Shown here one piece after another: positions 38,430-48,941 of a stretch of 64,000 nucleotides of DNA (positions within the stretch are counted from its first letter, which is position 1; each line of letters opens with the position of its first letter). The DNA comes from an uncultured delta proteobacterium. GTDB taxonomy: Bacteria; Bdellovibrionota; FAC87; UBA2466. The notes beneath the pieces are model-generated. The model did no database searches, was not told the origin of the DNA, and saw only the letters and a list, made by a program, of their open reading frames with translations. The stretch lies in assembly GCA_963778115.1 (NCBI GenBank), contig CAVZSV010000004.1, positions 2,400,001-2,464,000 of the forward strand, read 5' to 3'. The translations under genes and the position numbers were made by a program.

Positions 38430-39247
38430 AGCAGAGGATTGTTTTTGGACTTGCCGCGGCCGCTCTGCTTATCGCCTTGGTCTTCAAGGGCAACCTGTTT
38501 CTCATCACGCTTGTCGTGGTGGGATTTGCGGTACTTGCTTACCTGGAATTTGATCGCCTGTTTTTTTCAAACGTTTCGCGGCTCCGCCACCTTAGAATGT
38601 CATGTCTGATTGCGTTCGCGATTCTTGCCATGATTCAAAATCAGATAGCCGGATGGATTTCGCTTTGGCTGTCTTTTATCTTTCTCTGCTCCTGGAGGGT
38701 CATCCTTTCGAATCGTTCGGGTGATTTCGTTCGGGAGACGAGAGAATTGGCGCTTGAGTTTTTGGGATTGGTTTACGTATTAGCGCTTTTTGGATTTTTT
38801 GTGCCTATCTGGAACCTCGAGTTGGGTCGTTACTATCTCATGCTGCTTTTTATTTTGGTGTTTCTTGGAGACACAGGGGCCTATTTTATCGGAATTCGCT
38901 TGGGACGCCATCGGCTCGCCACGAAGTTAAGCCCCAAGAAATCGCTCGAAGGAGCCGTAGCCGCCGTGTTTTTTTCGACACTAGGGGGAGTCCTTTATGC
39001 CTGGTATTTCATCCCAAGCCTCTCCGAACATCGGTTTGTCTTTAAACTAATGCTCTTCGCTCCCCTAGTCAGTGTGCTCGCCCAGCTGGGAGATCTGTTT
39101 GAGTCGCTTTTCAAAAGAAGTGTGGCTCAAAAAGACTCGGGCAATTTCCTTCCTGGTCATGGAGGGCTTTTGGATCGGATTGACGGTCTAGCTCTGGTGG
39201 CCCCCGTCTATTATTTCTTTTTACTTTTTGTGGTGCAAAGATCATGA
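38426..39247 (+). CDS. cdsA: Phosphatidate cytidylyltransferase
   Basis: SPKKSLEG, GDLFESLFKR, PGHGGLLDRID. Confidence 0.96.
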   Translation: MKQRIVFGLAAAALLIALVFKGNLFLITLVVVGFAVLAYLEFDRLFFSNVSRLRHLRMSCLIAFAILAMIQNQIAGWISLWLSFIFLCSWRVILSNRSGDFVRETRELALEFLGLVYVLALFGFFVPIWNLELGRYYLMLLFILVFLGDTGAYFIGIRLGRHRLATKLSPKKSLEGAVAAVFFSTLGGVLYAWYFIPSLSEHRFVFKLMLFAPLVSVLAQLGDLFESLFKRSVAQKDSGNFLPGHGGLLDRIDGLALVAPVYYFFLLFVVQRS

Positions 39248-40431
39248 GTGACCGCCCGACCGAAAAAAGTATCCCTAGAAGAGGCATTAGTGTTTTGGGG
39301 AGTACGGGCTCCATTGGAACTCAGTGCCTGCAGATCATCGAATCGAATCCGGAAAAATTTGTCGTTGCTTCGCTAGCGGCGGGGCGCAACATTGACCGGC
39401 TTCGGGGACAAATCCGCCAGTTCTGGCCCAGCGTGGTTGCCGTCGAGAGTAGTACGGACGCCGCAGCCTTAAGAGCGGAGTTCCCTGAAGTAGAGATCGG
39501 ACACGGAATTGAGGGGATACGCCGCTGCATTTCTGCCGAAGGTGCCGATATCGTTGTGATGGGGATTGTGGGCTTTGCCGCGCTTGAACCTACATTGGAT
39601 GCGATTGCTAAAGACAAGACCGTCGCTTTAGCGAATAAGGAATCGCTCGTGGTGGCAGGTTCGTTACTCAAAGAGCTAGTTGCAAAGACTGGCAGCAAGA
39701 TCATTCCCGTCGATAGCGAACACAACGCGCTTTACCAGCTTTTGGAGGGAAGAGAGCGATCTCAAGTGAAGAGCGTTGTTTTGACGGCTAGCGGGGGCCC
39801 TTTGCTTAAGCTTCCGGATCTGCCGCTCGAGGAAGTCACTCCGGCCATCGCCATTCGCCATCCCAATTGGAATATGGGGCCCAAGATTTCGGTCGACTCC
39901 GCCACTTTGATGAACAAAGGGTTAGAGCTTATCGAAGCCCATTTTCTCTTTGAGGTGGCTCCTCGGGAAATTGAAGTGTGGATACATCCGCAGAGCATTG
40001 TTCATGGAGCCATTTGGCTTAGGGACAATACCTGTCTGGCGCAGCTCAGCAAACCTGACATGCGCTCTGCCATCGGCTATGCAATGTCACCGGAAGCTCG
40101 ATTGGACAATGTGATTCCTAAGTTGTCGCTTAAAGAGATGGCCCGGTTAGAGTTCCTTGAGCCTGACGAAAGACGTTTTCCTGCACTGCGGCTCGCCCGA
40201 GAGGCATTGCTTGCTGGCGCTAGCTCCCTGATCGCGCTTAACGCGGCAAATGAGGTGGCGGTCACCGCCTTTTTAGAGGGAAAGCTGCTTTTCCCAGGAA
40301 TCGCTTCCAGTATTGAGGAAACCCTTCAAAAACACCCCCAAGCGAGCATTAGAACGATAGGGGATGTCTTTGAAGAAGACCGCAAGGCTAGGGAAGAAGC
40401 AGGAAAGGTCGTCCGTCGGATGGGGATATGA
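39244..40431 (+). CDS. dxr: 1-deoxy-D-xylulose 5-phosphate reductoisomerase
   Basis: LGSTGSIG, ANKES, PVDSEH, HPNW.MG.KI. Confidence 0.98.
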   Translation: MSDRPTEKSIPRRGISVLGSTGSIGTQCLQIIESNPEKFVVASLAAGRNIDRLRGQIRQFWPSVVAVESSTDAAALRAEFPEVEIGHGIEGIRRCISAEGADIVVMGIVGFAALEPTLDAIAKDKTVALANKESLVVAGSLLKELVAKTGSKIIPVDSEHNALYQLLEGRERSQVKSVVLTASGGPLLKLPDLPLEEVTPAIAIRHPNWNMGPKISVDSATLMNKGLELIEAHFLFEVAPREIEVWIHPQSIVHGAIWLRDNTCLAQLSKPDMRSAIGYAMSPEARLDNVIPKLSLKEMARLEFLEPDERRFPALRLAREALLAGASSLIALNAANEVAVTAFLEGKLLFPGIASSIEETLQKHPQASIRTIGDVFEEDRKAREEAGKVVRRMGI

Positions 40432-40440
40432 CACTCTCGC

Positions 40441-40496
40441 AGCAGAGGGCTCTGCTAGGTTTGCTGAGATCCTTCGGCCTAAGGGCCTCAGGATCT
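40441..40496. repeat. Two adjacent hairpins, REP-like
   Basis: AGCAGAG/CTCTGCT and AGATCCT..GGCC-TAAG-GGCC..AGGATCT in the dxr-rseP spacer. Confidence 0.5.
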
Positions 40497-40643
40497 AACT
40501 AATTTATGATTTTCGGACACTTCTCTTTCATATAAGCTAGGTTCTTATCCCGAAACGAGGTTTCGCGGTAACCGTTAAGGAAATGGTCCCTAAGGTAATA
40601 GGCTTTAGGATCTCGGCCCGTATCGGGCAGCTCTGGAGGCAGC

Positions 40644-42317
40644 GTGTTTACTTCTGCGGTGTTCACATCGGTAGTTGGCGTTGTCGTGCTTCTGGGAGGA
40701 CTCATCTTCTTCCACGAGTTCGGCCACTACATTATCGCCAAACTTTTCGGCGTCCGGGTCGAAGTGTTTTCGCTAGGATTTGGAAAGAAGATCTTTCGTC
40801 GCCAGATCGGCGAGACAGAATATTGCATCTCGCTTTTTCCGTTGGGTGGGTACGTAAAGCTCATGGGTGATGATCCCTACAAGAGCGTTCCCGCGGCGGA
40901 AGCCCATCGTGCTTTTTCTACTCAAAAGCTCTACAAGAGATTTGCGATCGTGTCCGCCGGGCCGCTTTTTAATCTTCTTCTGGCCTTCGTGCTTTTCATG
41001 GTGGTTTTCTGGTTTGGTCAGCCAATGTCGGGGACCCGTGTGGGAAGTGTCATTGTCGATAGTCCAGCTTGGGACGCGGGGATTCGCCCCAAAGATCGCA
41101 TTGCGGAAGTCAGCGGGCAAAAGCTTCAGACCTGGAGCGAATTAGAGGATACGCTAAAAAATCGCTTAGGTGAAAAAGTAGAGCTAGTCATTGAGCGAGG
41201 AAATACCGAGCTGCGCATTCCCTATGTGGTCGGCAAAGTCCGAACCAAGAACGCTTATGGGGAGGATGAAGAGGTCGGAGGAATTAAAGGAGTGATGTCG
41301 ACGCCTTTGGATCCCGTCATCGGCATCTCCAATCCCGATTCGATCGCTTACAAAGCAGGCCTTCGTTCTGGAAATCTCATTACTAAGATCGGTTCTCGCG
41401 ACATCGTCGTGTACGAAGATATTAATGAAGCTCTTTCCGCTTTCTGGAAGAACGATTCGCCCCTGACGATTTCAGTTAAGCAGGGGGAAGAGGGAAATGG
41501 TCCGGAGAAATCCTTTAGTGTCGTATTACCGGCGCTGCCTGCGGCGGATAAGATAAACGCTTTGGGATTGGCAGGGGTCTTAGGGATCTATCCCTCAGAG
41601 CTATTTGTGAAAAAAGTATCCCCGGATAGCCCAGCGGAAAAAGGGGGACTTTTGGCGGGAGATCGTATGGTCTCCGTTGCCGGCCTGCCCATCTATAATT
41701 TCGAATCGATTGTGGATTCCGTCCAAAGTGAGGGCGCCAAAGGAGAAACCATTCCTTTTATCGTTGAGCGTGCGGGAAAGCTGGTGACTTTGAGTCTTAA
41801 GCCAATCCAGACGACTCAAGAAGATCCGCTCACTCGTCAACCGGTTACCAAATTTATGGTGGGGTTTGCTCCCGCGACCGTTCTTCACGAACCGGAATAT
41901 GTGAGTGTGATTTATCACAATCCGATACAACTCATTTCTCACTCGGCCTCGGAAACGTTTCTTTTGGCCGAACGGATGTTAATCAGCATCGCAAAGCTTG
42001 TGACGAGAAAGATCTCGGTCAAGAATCTGGGAGGACCCGTGCTGATAGCTACGGTCGCCGGTAGAAGTCTTGACGCGGGCATCATTCCTTTTCTTCAGAT
42101 GATGGCGCTAATCAGCATCAACCTGTTTCTATTGAATCTGTTTCCGATCCCCATCTTGGACGGAGGCCATTTGCTGTTTTTTATTATTGAAGGAATTAAA
42201 GGTAGGCCCGTATCGATCCGCACAATGGAGATCGCCAATCAAATCGGAATGGTTTTCATTTTGATGTTGGTTGGGCTGACTCTCTTTAACGACATATCCA
42301 GGATTATCGTACATTGA
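40644..42317 (+). CDS. rseP: RIP metalloprotease RseP with multiple PDZ domains
   Basis: HEFGH, GGYVK, NLFPIPILDGG. Confidence 0.96.
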   Translation: MFTSAVFTSVVGVVVLLGGLIFFHEFGHYIIAKLFGVRVEVFSLGFGKKIFRRQIGETEYCISLFPLGGYVKLMGDDPYKSVPAAEAHRAFSTQKLYKRFAIVSAGPLFNLLLAFVLFMVVFWFGQPMSGTRVGSVIVDSPAWDAGIRPKDRIAEVSGQKLQTWSELEDTLKNRLGEKVELVIERGNTELRIPYVVGKVRTKNAYGEDEEVGGIKGVMSTPLDPVIGISNPDSIAYKAGLRSGNLITKIGSRDIVVYEDINEALSAFWKNDSPLTISVKQGEEGNGPEKSFSVVLPALPAADKINALGLAGVLGIYPSELFVKKVSPDSPAEKGGLLAGDRMVSVAGLPIYNFESIVDSVQSEGAKGETIPFIVERAGKLVTLSLKPIQTTQEDPLTRQPVTKFMVGFAPATVLHEPEYVSVIYHNPIQLISHSASETFLLAERMLISIAKLVTRKISVKNLGGPVLIATVAGRSLDAGIIPFLQMMALISINLFLLNLFPIPILDGGHLLFFIIEGIKGRPVSIRTMEIANQIGMVFILMLVGLTLFNDISRIIVH

Positions 42318-43642
42318 AAAAAACATTCGTCCTAGACACTAGTGTCATTCTCTATGATCCGCAGTGTATCTTTCGATTCGATGACAACGTGGTGGTCGTT
42401 CCCATTACGGTCCTCGAAGAGATGGATCGCTTCAAAAAAGATCTCACGGAAATCGGCCGAAATGCCCGGCAATTTTCGCGCTATTTAGATCAGTTTAGAA
42501 AGAGAGGCTCCCTCACTCACGGAGTTGAGTTACCCAAGAAGGGAACTCTTATCGTCGACCTCTTCCGGGACTCGGAGAATTATCTCCCGCACCATATGTC
42601 CCATGAAAAGAATGACCACAGAATTTTAGCGGTCGCTCTTAAGATTCGACACGACAGGCCCAACATCCCTGTGATTTTCGTCACGAAGGACGTAAATTTA
42701 CGCGTTAAGGCCGATGCTCTCGGCATTAACTCGGTGGATTTCGAACCCAGTCGTGTAACGATCGAGGAGCTTTATAGCGGCCTCTTTCAATTCGATGTTC
42801 CGGGCGATGTCGTGGAAAATTTCAATCAGTTGAAGCGCTTTCCCATGAAAGAAAAGGGGCTTCATCCCAATGCTTTCGTGGTCCTCCGCGATCAGCATAA
42901 AGCCGACCACACGGCGTTGGGTCGTTATTCGGCGGCTACCGAGGAGATCATCCCGCTTAAGGTCCCCAACGACGGTGTGTGGGGAATTAAGCCGCGGAAC
43001 GCCGAGCAGGCCTTTGTCCTTGATGCGCTTCTCGATGATAACGTTAGTCTGGTGAGCCTAGTCGGAAAAGCTGGAACGGGGAAAACGTTATTGGCGTTAG
43101 CTTGCGGACTGCAGAAAACGATCGACGAAGGAAAGTACCAGAAGTTACTCGTCTCTCGCCCTATCTTTCCGCTTGGCAAGGACATCGGTTATTTACCGGG
43201 TGAGATAGAAGAGAAATTGAACCCGTGGATGCAGCCCATCTTCGATAACGTCGATTACATTGTGTCTTTCTCTCAAGGAGAAAAACCTCAGAAGCGTCCG
43301 GCGCGCCGGGCTTGGCAGGAGCTTATCAATCAGGGAATGCTCCACATAGAACCGCTGACGTATATCCGCGGTCGAAGTTTGGCGTATCAGTATTTGATTG
43401 TGGACGAAGCGCAGAACTTAACCCCTCACGAAATTAAGACGATCATCACTCGAGCAGGCGAAGGAACGAAAGTCGTCTTAACGGGTGATTGTTATCAGAT
43501 CGATAATCCTTATATCGACTCTTCCAATAATGGGCTCACCTATGTGGTAGAGAGATTTAAAAACGAGTCTATCTCGGCTCACGTCACTTTGACTAAAGGC
43601 GAACGATCGCAGCTGGCAGAGCTTGCGACGAATCTGCTTTAA
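42314..43642 (+). CDS. PhoH2-type protein (PIN domain plus PhoH ATPase)
   Basis: FVLDTSV PIN start; GKAGTGKT, IRGRS, DEAQN. Confidence 0.92.
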   Translation: MKKTFVLDTSVILYDPQCIFRFDDNVVVVPITVLEEMDRFKKDLTEIGRNARQFSRYLDQFRKRGSLTHGVELPKKGTLIVDLFRDSENYLPHHMSHEKNDHRILAVALKIRHDRPNIPVIFVTKDVNLRVKADALGINSVDFEPSRVTIEELYSGLFQFDVPGDVVENFNQLKRFPMKEKGLHPNAFVVLRDQHKADHTALGRYSAATEEIIPLKVPNDGVWGIKPRNAEQAFVLDALLDDNVSLVSLVGKAGTGKTLLALACGLQKTIDEGKYQKLLVSRPIFPLGKDIGYLPGEIEEKLNPWMQPIFDNVDYIVSFSQGEKPQKRPARRAWQELINQGMLHIEPLTYIRGRSLAYQYLIVDEAQNLTPHEIKTIITRAGEGTKVVLTGDCYQIDNPYIDSSNNGLTYVVERFKNESISAHVTLTKGERSQLAELATNLL

Positions 43643-43761
43643 TCTAGACGGTAAGTAATCTCGGCGCATAGGTACCCTGTGGTTGGCGCAGGGATAATCA
43701 TCCCAGGTTTGAGCATTTAGCTTTTAGTGTTTAGTTTTTGTCATTTAGCATCCTCCCTTCC

Positions 43762-43789
43762 TTGACATATATATATGGTCATGTATCGT
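43762..43789 (+). promoter_or_regulatory. Sigma70-like promoter containing the palindrome CATATATATATG
   Basis: TTGACA-N16-TATCGT; 12-bp palindrome at 43766-43777. Confidence 0.5.
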
Positions 43790-43830
43790 ATTCGTAGACG
43801 TTGGATCAGGTAAAAATGGGAGACCCCTTC

Positions 43831-44049
43831 ATGGAACGAAAAAAAGTTTCCACGACCGTCTACATCACGTATGACCAGAACGCGCTTCTTAAGGCGTTGA
43901 ATCAAAAAACCAAGGTGCCGATCGCGGAGTACATTCGCGAAGGGATCGATTTAGTGTTGGAACGTCATCGCAATCTTCTTCCCGGTCAGATGCTTCTGAT
44001 CCAGGAAGATCCGAAGCGCGGCGAAAGACGAATCCCAACGGATCACTAG
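43831..44049 (+). CDS. Ribbon-helix-helix DNA-binding protein
   Basis: KKVSTTVYIT strand followed by two helices (VPIAEYIREGIDLVL). Confidence 0.8.
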   Translation: MERKKVSTTVYITYDQNALLKALNQKTKVPIAEYIREGIDLVLERHRNLLPGQMLLIQEDPKRGERRIPTDH

Positions 44050-44097
44050 GGTTCTGGCTGTTCTATTGCCGGTTCCTCTAAGAGAGAAGTAGAAGTC

Positions 44098-45898
44098 TTG
44101 ACTCCTCCCGAACGAATCCGAAATTTTAGTATTATTGCCCATATCGACCACGGTAAGTCGACACTTGCCGATCGCATTCTGCAAATTACGGGTGCTTTAG
44201 CCGATCGCGAAATGAAAGAGCAGTTCTTAGATCAGCTCGACATCGAGAGAGAACGTGGAATCACGATTAAAGCACAGACCGTCCGTTTGAATTATGTAAA
44301 CGAGAGCGGCGAAGCCATGATCTTTAATCTTATCGATACGCCAGGGCATGTGGATTTTGTGTACGAAGTTTCCCGGTCGTTCGCCGCCTGCGAAGGGGCT
44401 ATTCTTGTCGTGGATGCAAGTCAGGGCGTGGAAGCCCAAACCCTCGCTAACGTTTACCTCGCTATCGACAACAATCTCGAAATTTTACCTGTGTTAAACA
44501 AAATCGATCTGCCCGGTGCGGACATTGAACGCACCAAGCAGGAAATTGAAGATTTGATCGGAATATCGACGGAAAATGCAGTTTGTATCAGTGCAAAAGA
44601 CGGAAAAAATGTCGATCAGGTTCTTGGCGTCTGTCGCCAAATATTTTCATCCCCCTAAAGGAGACGCAGAAGCTCCTCTCCAAGGGCTGATATTTGATGC
44701 CTGGTTTGATGAGTATCAAGGTGTCGTCATTCTCATACGAGTGATGAATGGGCGCATCAAAGCGGGTGAGTATATCCGCATGTTGCACAATAAGACCGAA
44801 CACGAAGTTTTGAAGCTAGGTGTCTTTACTCCGCATGCTAAAGCCGTAAAGGAATTGAGCGTTGGGGAAGTGGGATTTGTTATCGCCGGTATTAAGGATA
44901 TTCGTGACGTAAAAATTGGCGATACCATTACGCTTAAGTCAGCACCCGCGGAAAAACCTCTGACTGGGTTCAAAGAAGTTAAGCCGATGGTCTTTAGTGG
45001 AATCTATCCGACCGAGAGTTCGGAGTTTCCCGAGCTTAAGATGGCGATGGAAAAGCTTAGCCTTAATGATAGTGCTTTTACTTTCGAAACGGAAAACTCG
45101 GATGCCCTTGGTTTTGGATTTCGGTGTGGATTTCTGGGCCTCTTGCACATGGAGATTGTGCAGGAAAGGTTAGAGCGTGAGTTTAATATCGCTCTCGTAA
45201 CGACGGCCCCTACGGTACTTTATAAAGTCACTACGACCAAAGACGAAATTCTCATGGTCTATAATCCCTCGGATCTACCGGAGATCCAGCATATCAAGAT
45301 CATCGAAGAGCCCATCGTTCATGTCACGATCCACACTCCAGAGGAGTTTCTGGGAAATCTCATCAAACTTTGTGAGGAGCGACGGGGAACCCAGACGAAA
45401 TTTCAGTACCATTCTCCGAAGCGAGTTTTGCTTGAGTACGATATCCCTTTTAACGAAGTGGTCTTATCCTTCTATGACCGGTTGAAAAGTGTCAGTAAGG
45501 GGTACGCCAGCATGGATTATGAGCTGGTGCGGTTTGAGGAAAGCGATCTTGTTAAACTTGATTTACTTATTAACGGAGATCCCGTCGATGCGCTAAGTTG
45601 GATCGTTCATAAGGAAAAGGCCTACCATCGCGGCCGCGAGCTAGTGGTCAAGATGAGGGAACTTATCGAACGGCAAATGTTTGAAGTTATTATTCAAGCG
45701 GCTATTGGGAGCAAGATCATTGCTCGAGAGCGCATAGCTCCTATGAGAAAAAATGTTACCGCCAAATGCTATGGGGGTGACATCAGCCGGAAACGGAAAC
45801 TATTAGAACGGCAAAAAGAAGGTAAGAAACGGATGAAACAGGTGGGCCGAGTGGAAATTCCTCAAGAGGCATTTCTGGCCGCCTTGTCTTTGGATTAA
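44098..45898 (+). pseudogene. lepA: Elongation factor 4 with a +1 frameshift near 44624-44627 (probably a sequencing error)
   Basis: [16 protein letters not shown] in the first frame and KCYGGDISRKRKLL in the second; removing one base from CTTGGCG joins them ([14 protein letters not shown]). Confidence 0.93.
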
Positions 45899-45900
45899 CG

Positions 45901-46554
45901 GTGTTCCTTCAAAAATACAGATCACTTGCCTCGGTTTTCGCACTGGCCACTTGTGCCGCATTATTTGTCCGCCTTTGCGTTATCGAAGATTTTCGCATTT
46001 CTTCGGACTCGATGACTCCGGCACTCTTAGTCGGTGATCTCGTCTTTGTGTTTAAGTCCGAATACAATTTTAGAATTCCCTTTACGAGTGTTCAATTAGT
46101 CCAGTTTTCCCTTCCCAAACCGTCGGATGTTGTTGCCTTTACTCTTCCGGATAAGGGGTTTCAGACCTTTGTGAAGCGAGTGGTCGCTGTCGAAGGCGAC
46201 AAAATAGAAATAAAAAACGGAATTCTGATCGTCAACGACGAGGCCGCTACCTACCAGCCTCAGCACGAGCCAAGTGGCATCGACCAAGACCCTTCACTGG
46301 TTTGGGAAAAATTGGGGACCGCTCCTCCTCGACTTATCCACTGGAAAAGCGACGCAATGAAAGACTACGGGCCGGTGGATGTCCCTGACGGGCAGTTTTT
46401 CGCCATGGGGGACAATCGAGCTGACAGCATCGATAGCCGAGTTTGGGGGCCGGTTCCGGACTCTTGCCTCAAAGGCAAGGTGGAGTTAGTTTGGCTTTCG
46501 GTGAACTCCGAAGGAGGAGTTCGTAAAGATAGAATGGGTATCCGTATCAAGTAG
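45901..46554 (+). CDS. lepB: Signal peptidase I
   Basis: SDSM.P.L..GD, FVKRV, GDNR..S.DSR.WG; follows lepA. Confidence 0.92.
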   Translation: MFLQKYRSLASVFALATCAALFVRLCVIEDFRISSDSMTPALLVGDLVFVFKSEYNFRIPFTSVQLVQFSLPKPSDVVAFTLPDKGFQTFVKRVVAVEGDKIEIKNGILIVNDEAATYQPQHEPSGIDQDPSLVWEKLGTAPPRLIHWKSDAMKDYGPVDVPDGQFFAMGDNRADSIDSRVWGPVPDSCLKGKVELVWLSVNSEGGVRKDRMGIRIK

Positions 46555-46575
46555 ACTAAAGTCCAGAGACGAAAG

Positions 46576-46854
46576 ATGTCTGATGAAGATGTTAGAAATT
46601 ATCTAGCGAGAAAAAAGCCTGCGTCGACTCCAGCGGTCGCGCGTCCGCGCATGGCCGTGAAAAGGCGGCCTCCAAAAGCCGAGGCTCCCGATACGTTTAA
46701 GGATTTTTCGGCAAGCCATCTCTTGTGTCCCCGATGCAAGCAAGCGATGCCGGTCCGTAGTCGACTCCTACTCTATCTTCCTGACGGCGATCTGTACGAC
46801 TATTCCTGTACGGCTTGTGGAACTTCTTGTGGAACGAGAAAAGCCGAACGCTAG
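46576..46854 (+). CDS. Small zinc-ribbon protein
   Basis: CPRC...CTAC. Confidence 0.7.
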   Translation: MSDEDVRNYLARKKPASTPAVARPRMAVKRRPPKAEAPDTFKDFSASHLLCPRCKQAMPVRSRLLLYLPDGDLYDYSCTACGTSCGTRKAER

Positions 46855-46868
46855 CGGCACTAACCTTT

Positions 46869-47435
46869 CTAATCTTCCTGAGCCCCGTCCCGCACGTGGA
46901 CTAGTTTTCCCGTCTGATCGATGGTCCATACGTCAATGCCGGTGTTGGGGAAGCTAGTCCCCACCGCCATGACTTTGAAGGCCTTTTTCTGAACGGAGCA
47001 ATCAGAACAGTATTTCTCCGCCATCTTGTCGAAGTCTATTTCTTGAACCTTGCAAAGAGCGTCGTATTTCCAAACCTTTTCGGGTTTAGATTCTTTCAAG
47101 AAATTTAACAGACGATCGGTGTCCTTAATGTCGGGCTTCGTATCAACTCCTGGGCTGGACGGCGCGACAAAACCGACTTTGTATTTGGACTCCTTTCCCG
47201 CGGGAAACGAATACCCCAAAGCGGAAAGATCGCTAGTATAGAATCCATGCTTTGCATGAAATTTCATCTCATCGGTCCTTAGACCCATCAAATTTATCTT
47301 AGCTTCATTTTGAGCGGCTCGAGTCATGTTCCTGCGGGCTAGCGTTAAGGGATCATCGTAACCCAACGCGATTTGGCTTAGAAAATGAAGAACAGAGGTG
47401 ATTAGAAACAGCAGACTCCAGTGACGAGTTCGCAT
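46869..47435 (-). CDS. Type IV pilin-like domain protein lacking the prepilin cleavage motif
   Basis: RAAQNEAKINL..L...E..F......Y, Y.VGF, F...A.G, DVWTIDQ; Sec-like N-terminus; AGGAGG RBS. Confidence 0.65.
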   Translation of the reverse strand: MRTRHWSLLFLITSVLHFLSQIALGYDDPLTLARRNMTRAAQNEAKINLMGLRTDEMKFHAKHGFYTSDLSALGYSFPAGKESKYKVGFVAPSSPGVDTKPDIKDTDRLLNFLKESKPEKVWKYDALCKVQEIDFDKMAEKYCSDCSVQKKAFKVMAVGTSFPNTGIDVWTIDQTGKLVHVRDGAQED

Positions 47436-47448
47436 AAGATGTCCTCCT

Positions 47449-48936
47449 TTATTCTGCGGCGGTAAAGATAATATCCCAAGAGGTTGTATCAGCTCCGTCC
47501 TTAAGCTCGATGCCCATGGTAAGTAGCCTTTGGCGGATGGCATCGGAGGTGGCGAAGTCTTTTTTCTTTCGCGCTTCGATGCGATCGTTAATGAGTTTTT
47601 GTATGTCCTTTTCGTCTAAATTTCTCTCTTTGAGAGCCAAAGTCTTTAAGACTCCCAGATAGGCTTGGCTATCTTGTTGAAAGAGATTCACGACCCCTCC
47701 AAAGAGCGAGAGTTCCTTGAGGAAGGCTTCGATGGTGGTTTTGGATTCCAAGGAGATCTGAAAACCTTTACGATCCACCATGGCATTGAGCGATCGGACC
47801 AGTTCGAATAGCTGGCCCATGCTCCGTGCGGTATTGAAATCATCATCCATCGCTTCTCGCCATTTCGAGGCAAATTCAGTTACCGCTTTAGCAGCTTTGT
47901 TATCCTCAGTTGCAGGTTTGGCATTCGGATTCACCGGTTTTTCACTGAGCTGGTGGCACTTATTTATCGTGGAGTAAATGCGGTGTAGGGCCGCTTGGCT
48001 CTCTCGAAGATGTTGTGAAGAAAAGTCGATGAGGGAGCGATAGTGCCCCGATAGCAACATAAACTTTAGAATCTCAGCCGAATATCTTTCTATAAATTCT
48101 CGAGTCAGAAGAATATTGCCCAAAGACTTGGACATCTTTTCCGAACCCATATTGAGCATGTTGTTATGCATCCAATATCTAGCAAGCGGCTTTTCAGTTA
48201 CCGCTTCGGATTGGGCGATCTCATTTTCGTGGTGAGGATGAATGAGGTCCATCCCTCCCCCATGAATATCGAAGGTCTCACCCAAATATTCCATCGACAT
48301 TACCGAGCACTCGATATGCCATCCCGGACGTCCCAACCCCCAAGGACTTTCCCAGGCGGGTTCACTAGCCTCTTTGCGAGGTTTCCAAAGCGAAAAATCG
48401 AGAGGATCGCGTTTCTTCTCTCCCACTTCGACTCGGGCTCCTGCCAGCATGTCGTCAGGATTTTTTCCGGAGAGCTTCCCATAAGGAGTAAATTTTCTAA
48501 CGGCAAAGAAAACCTCCCCATCGATGACATAGGCAGCTCCCTTCTCTATTAGCCGCTCAATGAGGGAAATAATTCCGGGTAAATGCTCCGTGACCCGGGG
48601 CATTCGAGTGGGATGTTTGACGCCGAGCAGAGCCATATCCTTTTCGTATTCTGCGATGTATTTTTCAGTGATGGACTTAGAGTCGGTCTTCTCTTCTTTG
48701 GCGCGTTGAATAATCTTATCGTCGATGTCGGTGTAGTTCATGACATACACGACCGAAAAGCCTGAGAATTCCAAGTAGCGTCGTACTACATCAAAAAAAA
48801 CCAAAGGACGCGCGTTTCCGATGTGAATGAAGTTGTAGACCGTAGGTCCGCACACATACATGTGCACTTGGTTCGGTGACAGAGGAACCAAGAGCTCTTT
48901 CTTGCCGGACAGGGTGTTGGTGAGCTGAATCGCCAT
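47449..48936 (-). CDS. cysS: Cysteine--tRNA ligase
   Basis: CGPTVY, HIGN, GRPGWHIECS, KMSKS. Confidence 0.98.
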   Translation of the reverse strand: MAIQLTNTLSGKKELLVPLSPNQVHMYVCGPTVYNFIHIGNARPLVFFDVVRRYLEFSGFSVVYVMNYTDIDDKIIQRAKEEKTDSKSITEKYIAEYEKDMALLGVKHPTRMPRVTEHLPGIISLIERLIEKGAAYVIDGEVFFAVRKFTPYGKLSGKNPDDMLAGARVEVGEKKRDPLDFSLWKPRKEASEPAWESPWGLGRPGWHIECSVMSMEYLGETFDIHGGGMDLIHPHHENEIAQSEAVTEKPLARYWMHNNMLNMGSEKMSKSLGNILLTREFIERYSAEILKFMLLSGHYRSLIDFSSQHLRESQAALHRIYSTINKCHQLSEKPVNPNAKPATEDNKAAKAVTEFASKWREAMDDDFNTARSMGQLFELVRSLNAMVDRKGFQISLESKTTIEAFLKELSLFGGVVNLFQQDSQAYLGVLKTLALKERNLDEKDIQKLINDRIEARKKKDFATSDAIRQRLLTMGIELKDGADTTSWDIIFTAAE

Positions 48937-48941
48937 CGCTA

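Noticed and set aside
44576..44658. Programmed frameshift or true two-gene lepA
   Set aside because: No slippery site is evident, and a similar 1-nt insertion occurs in carD, so an error is more parsimonious.
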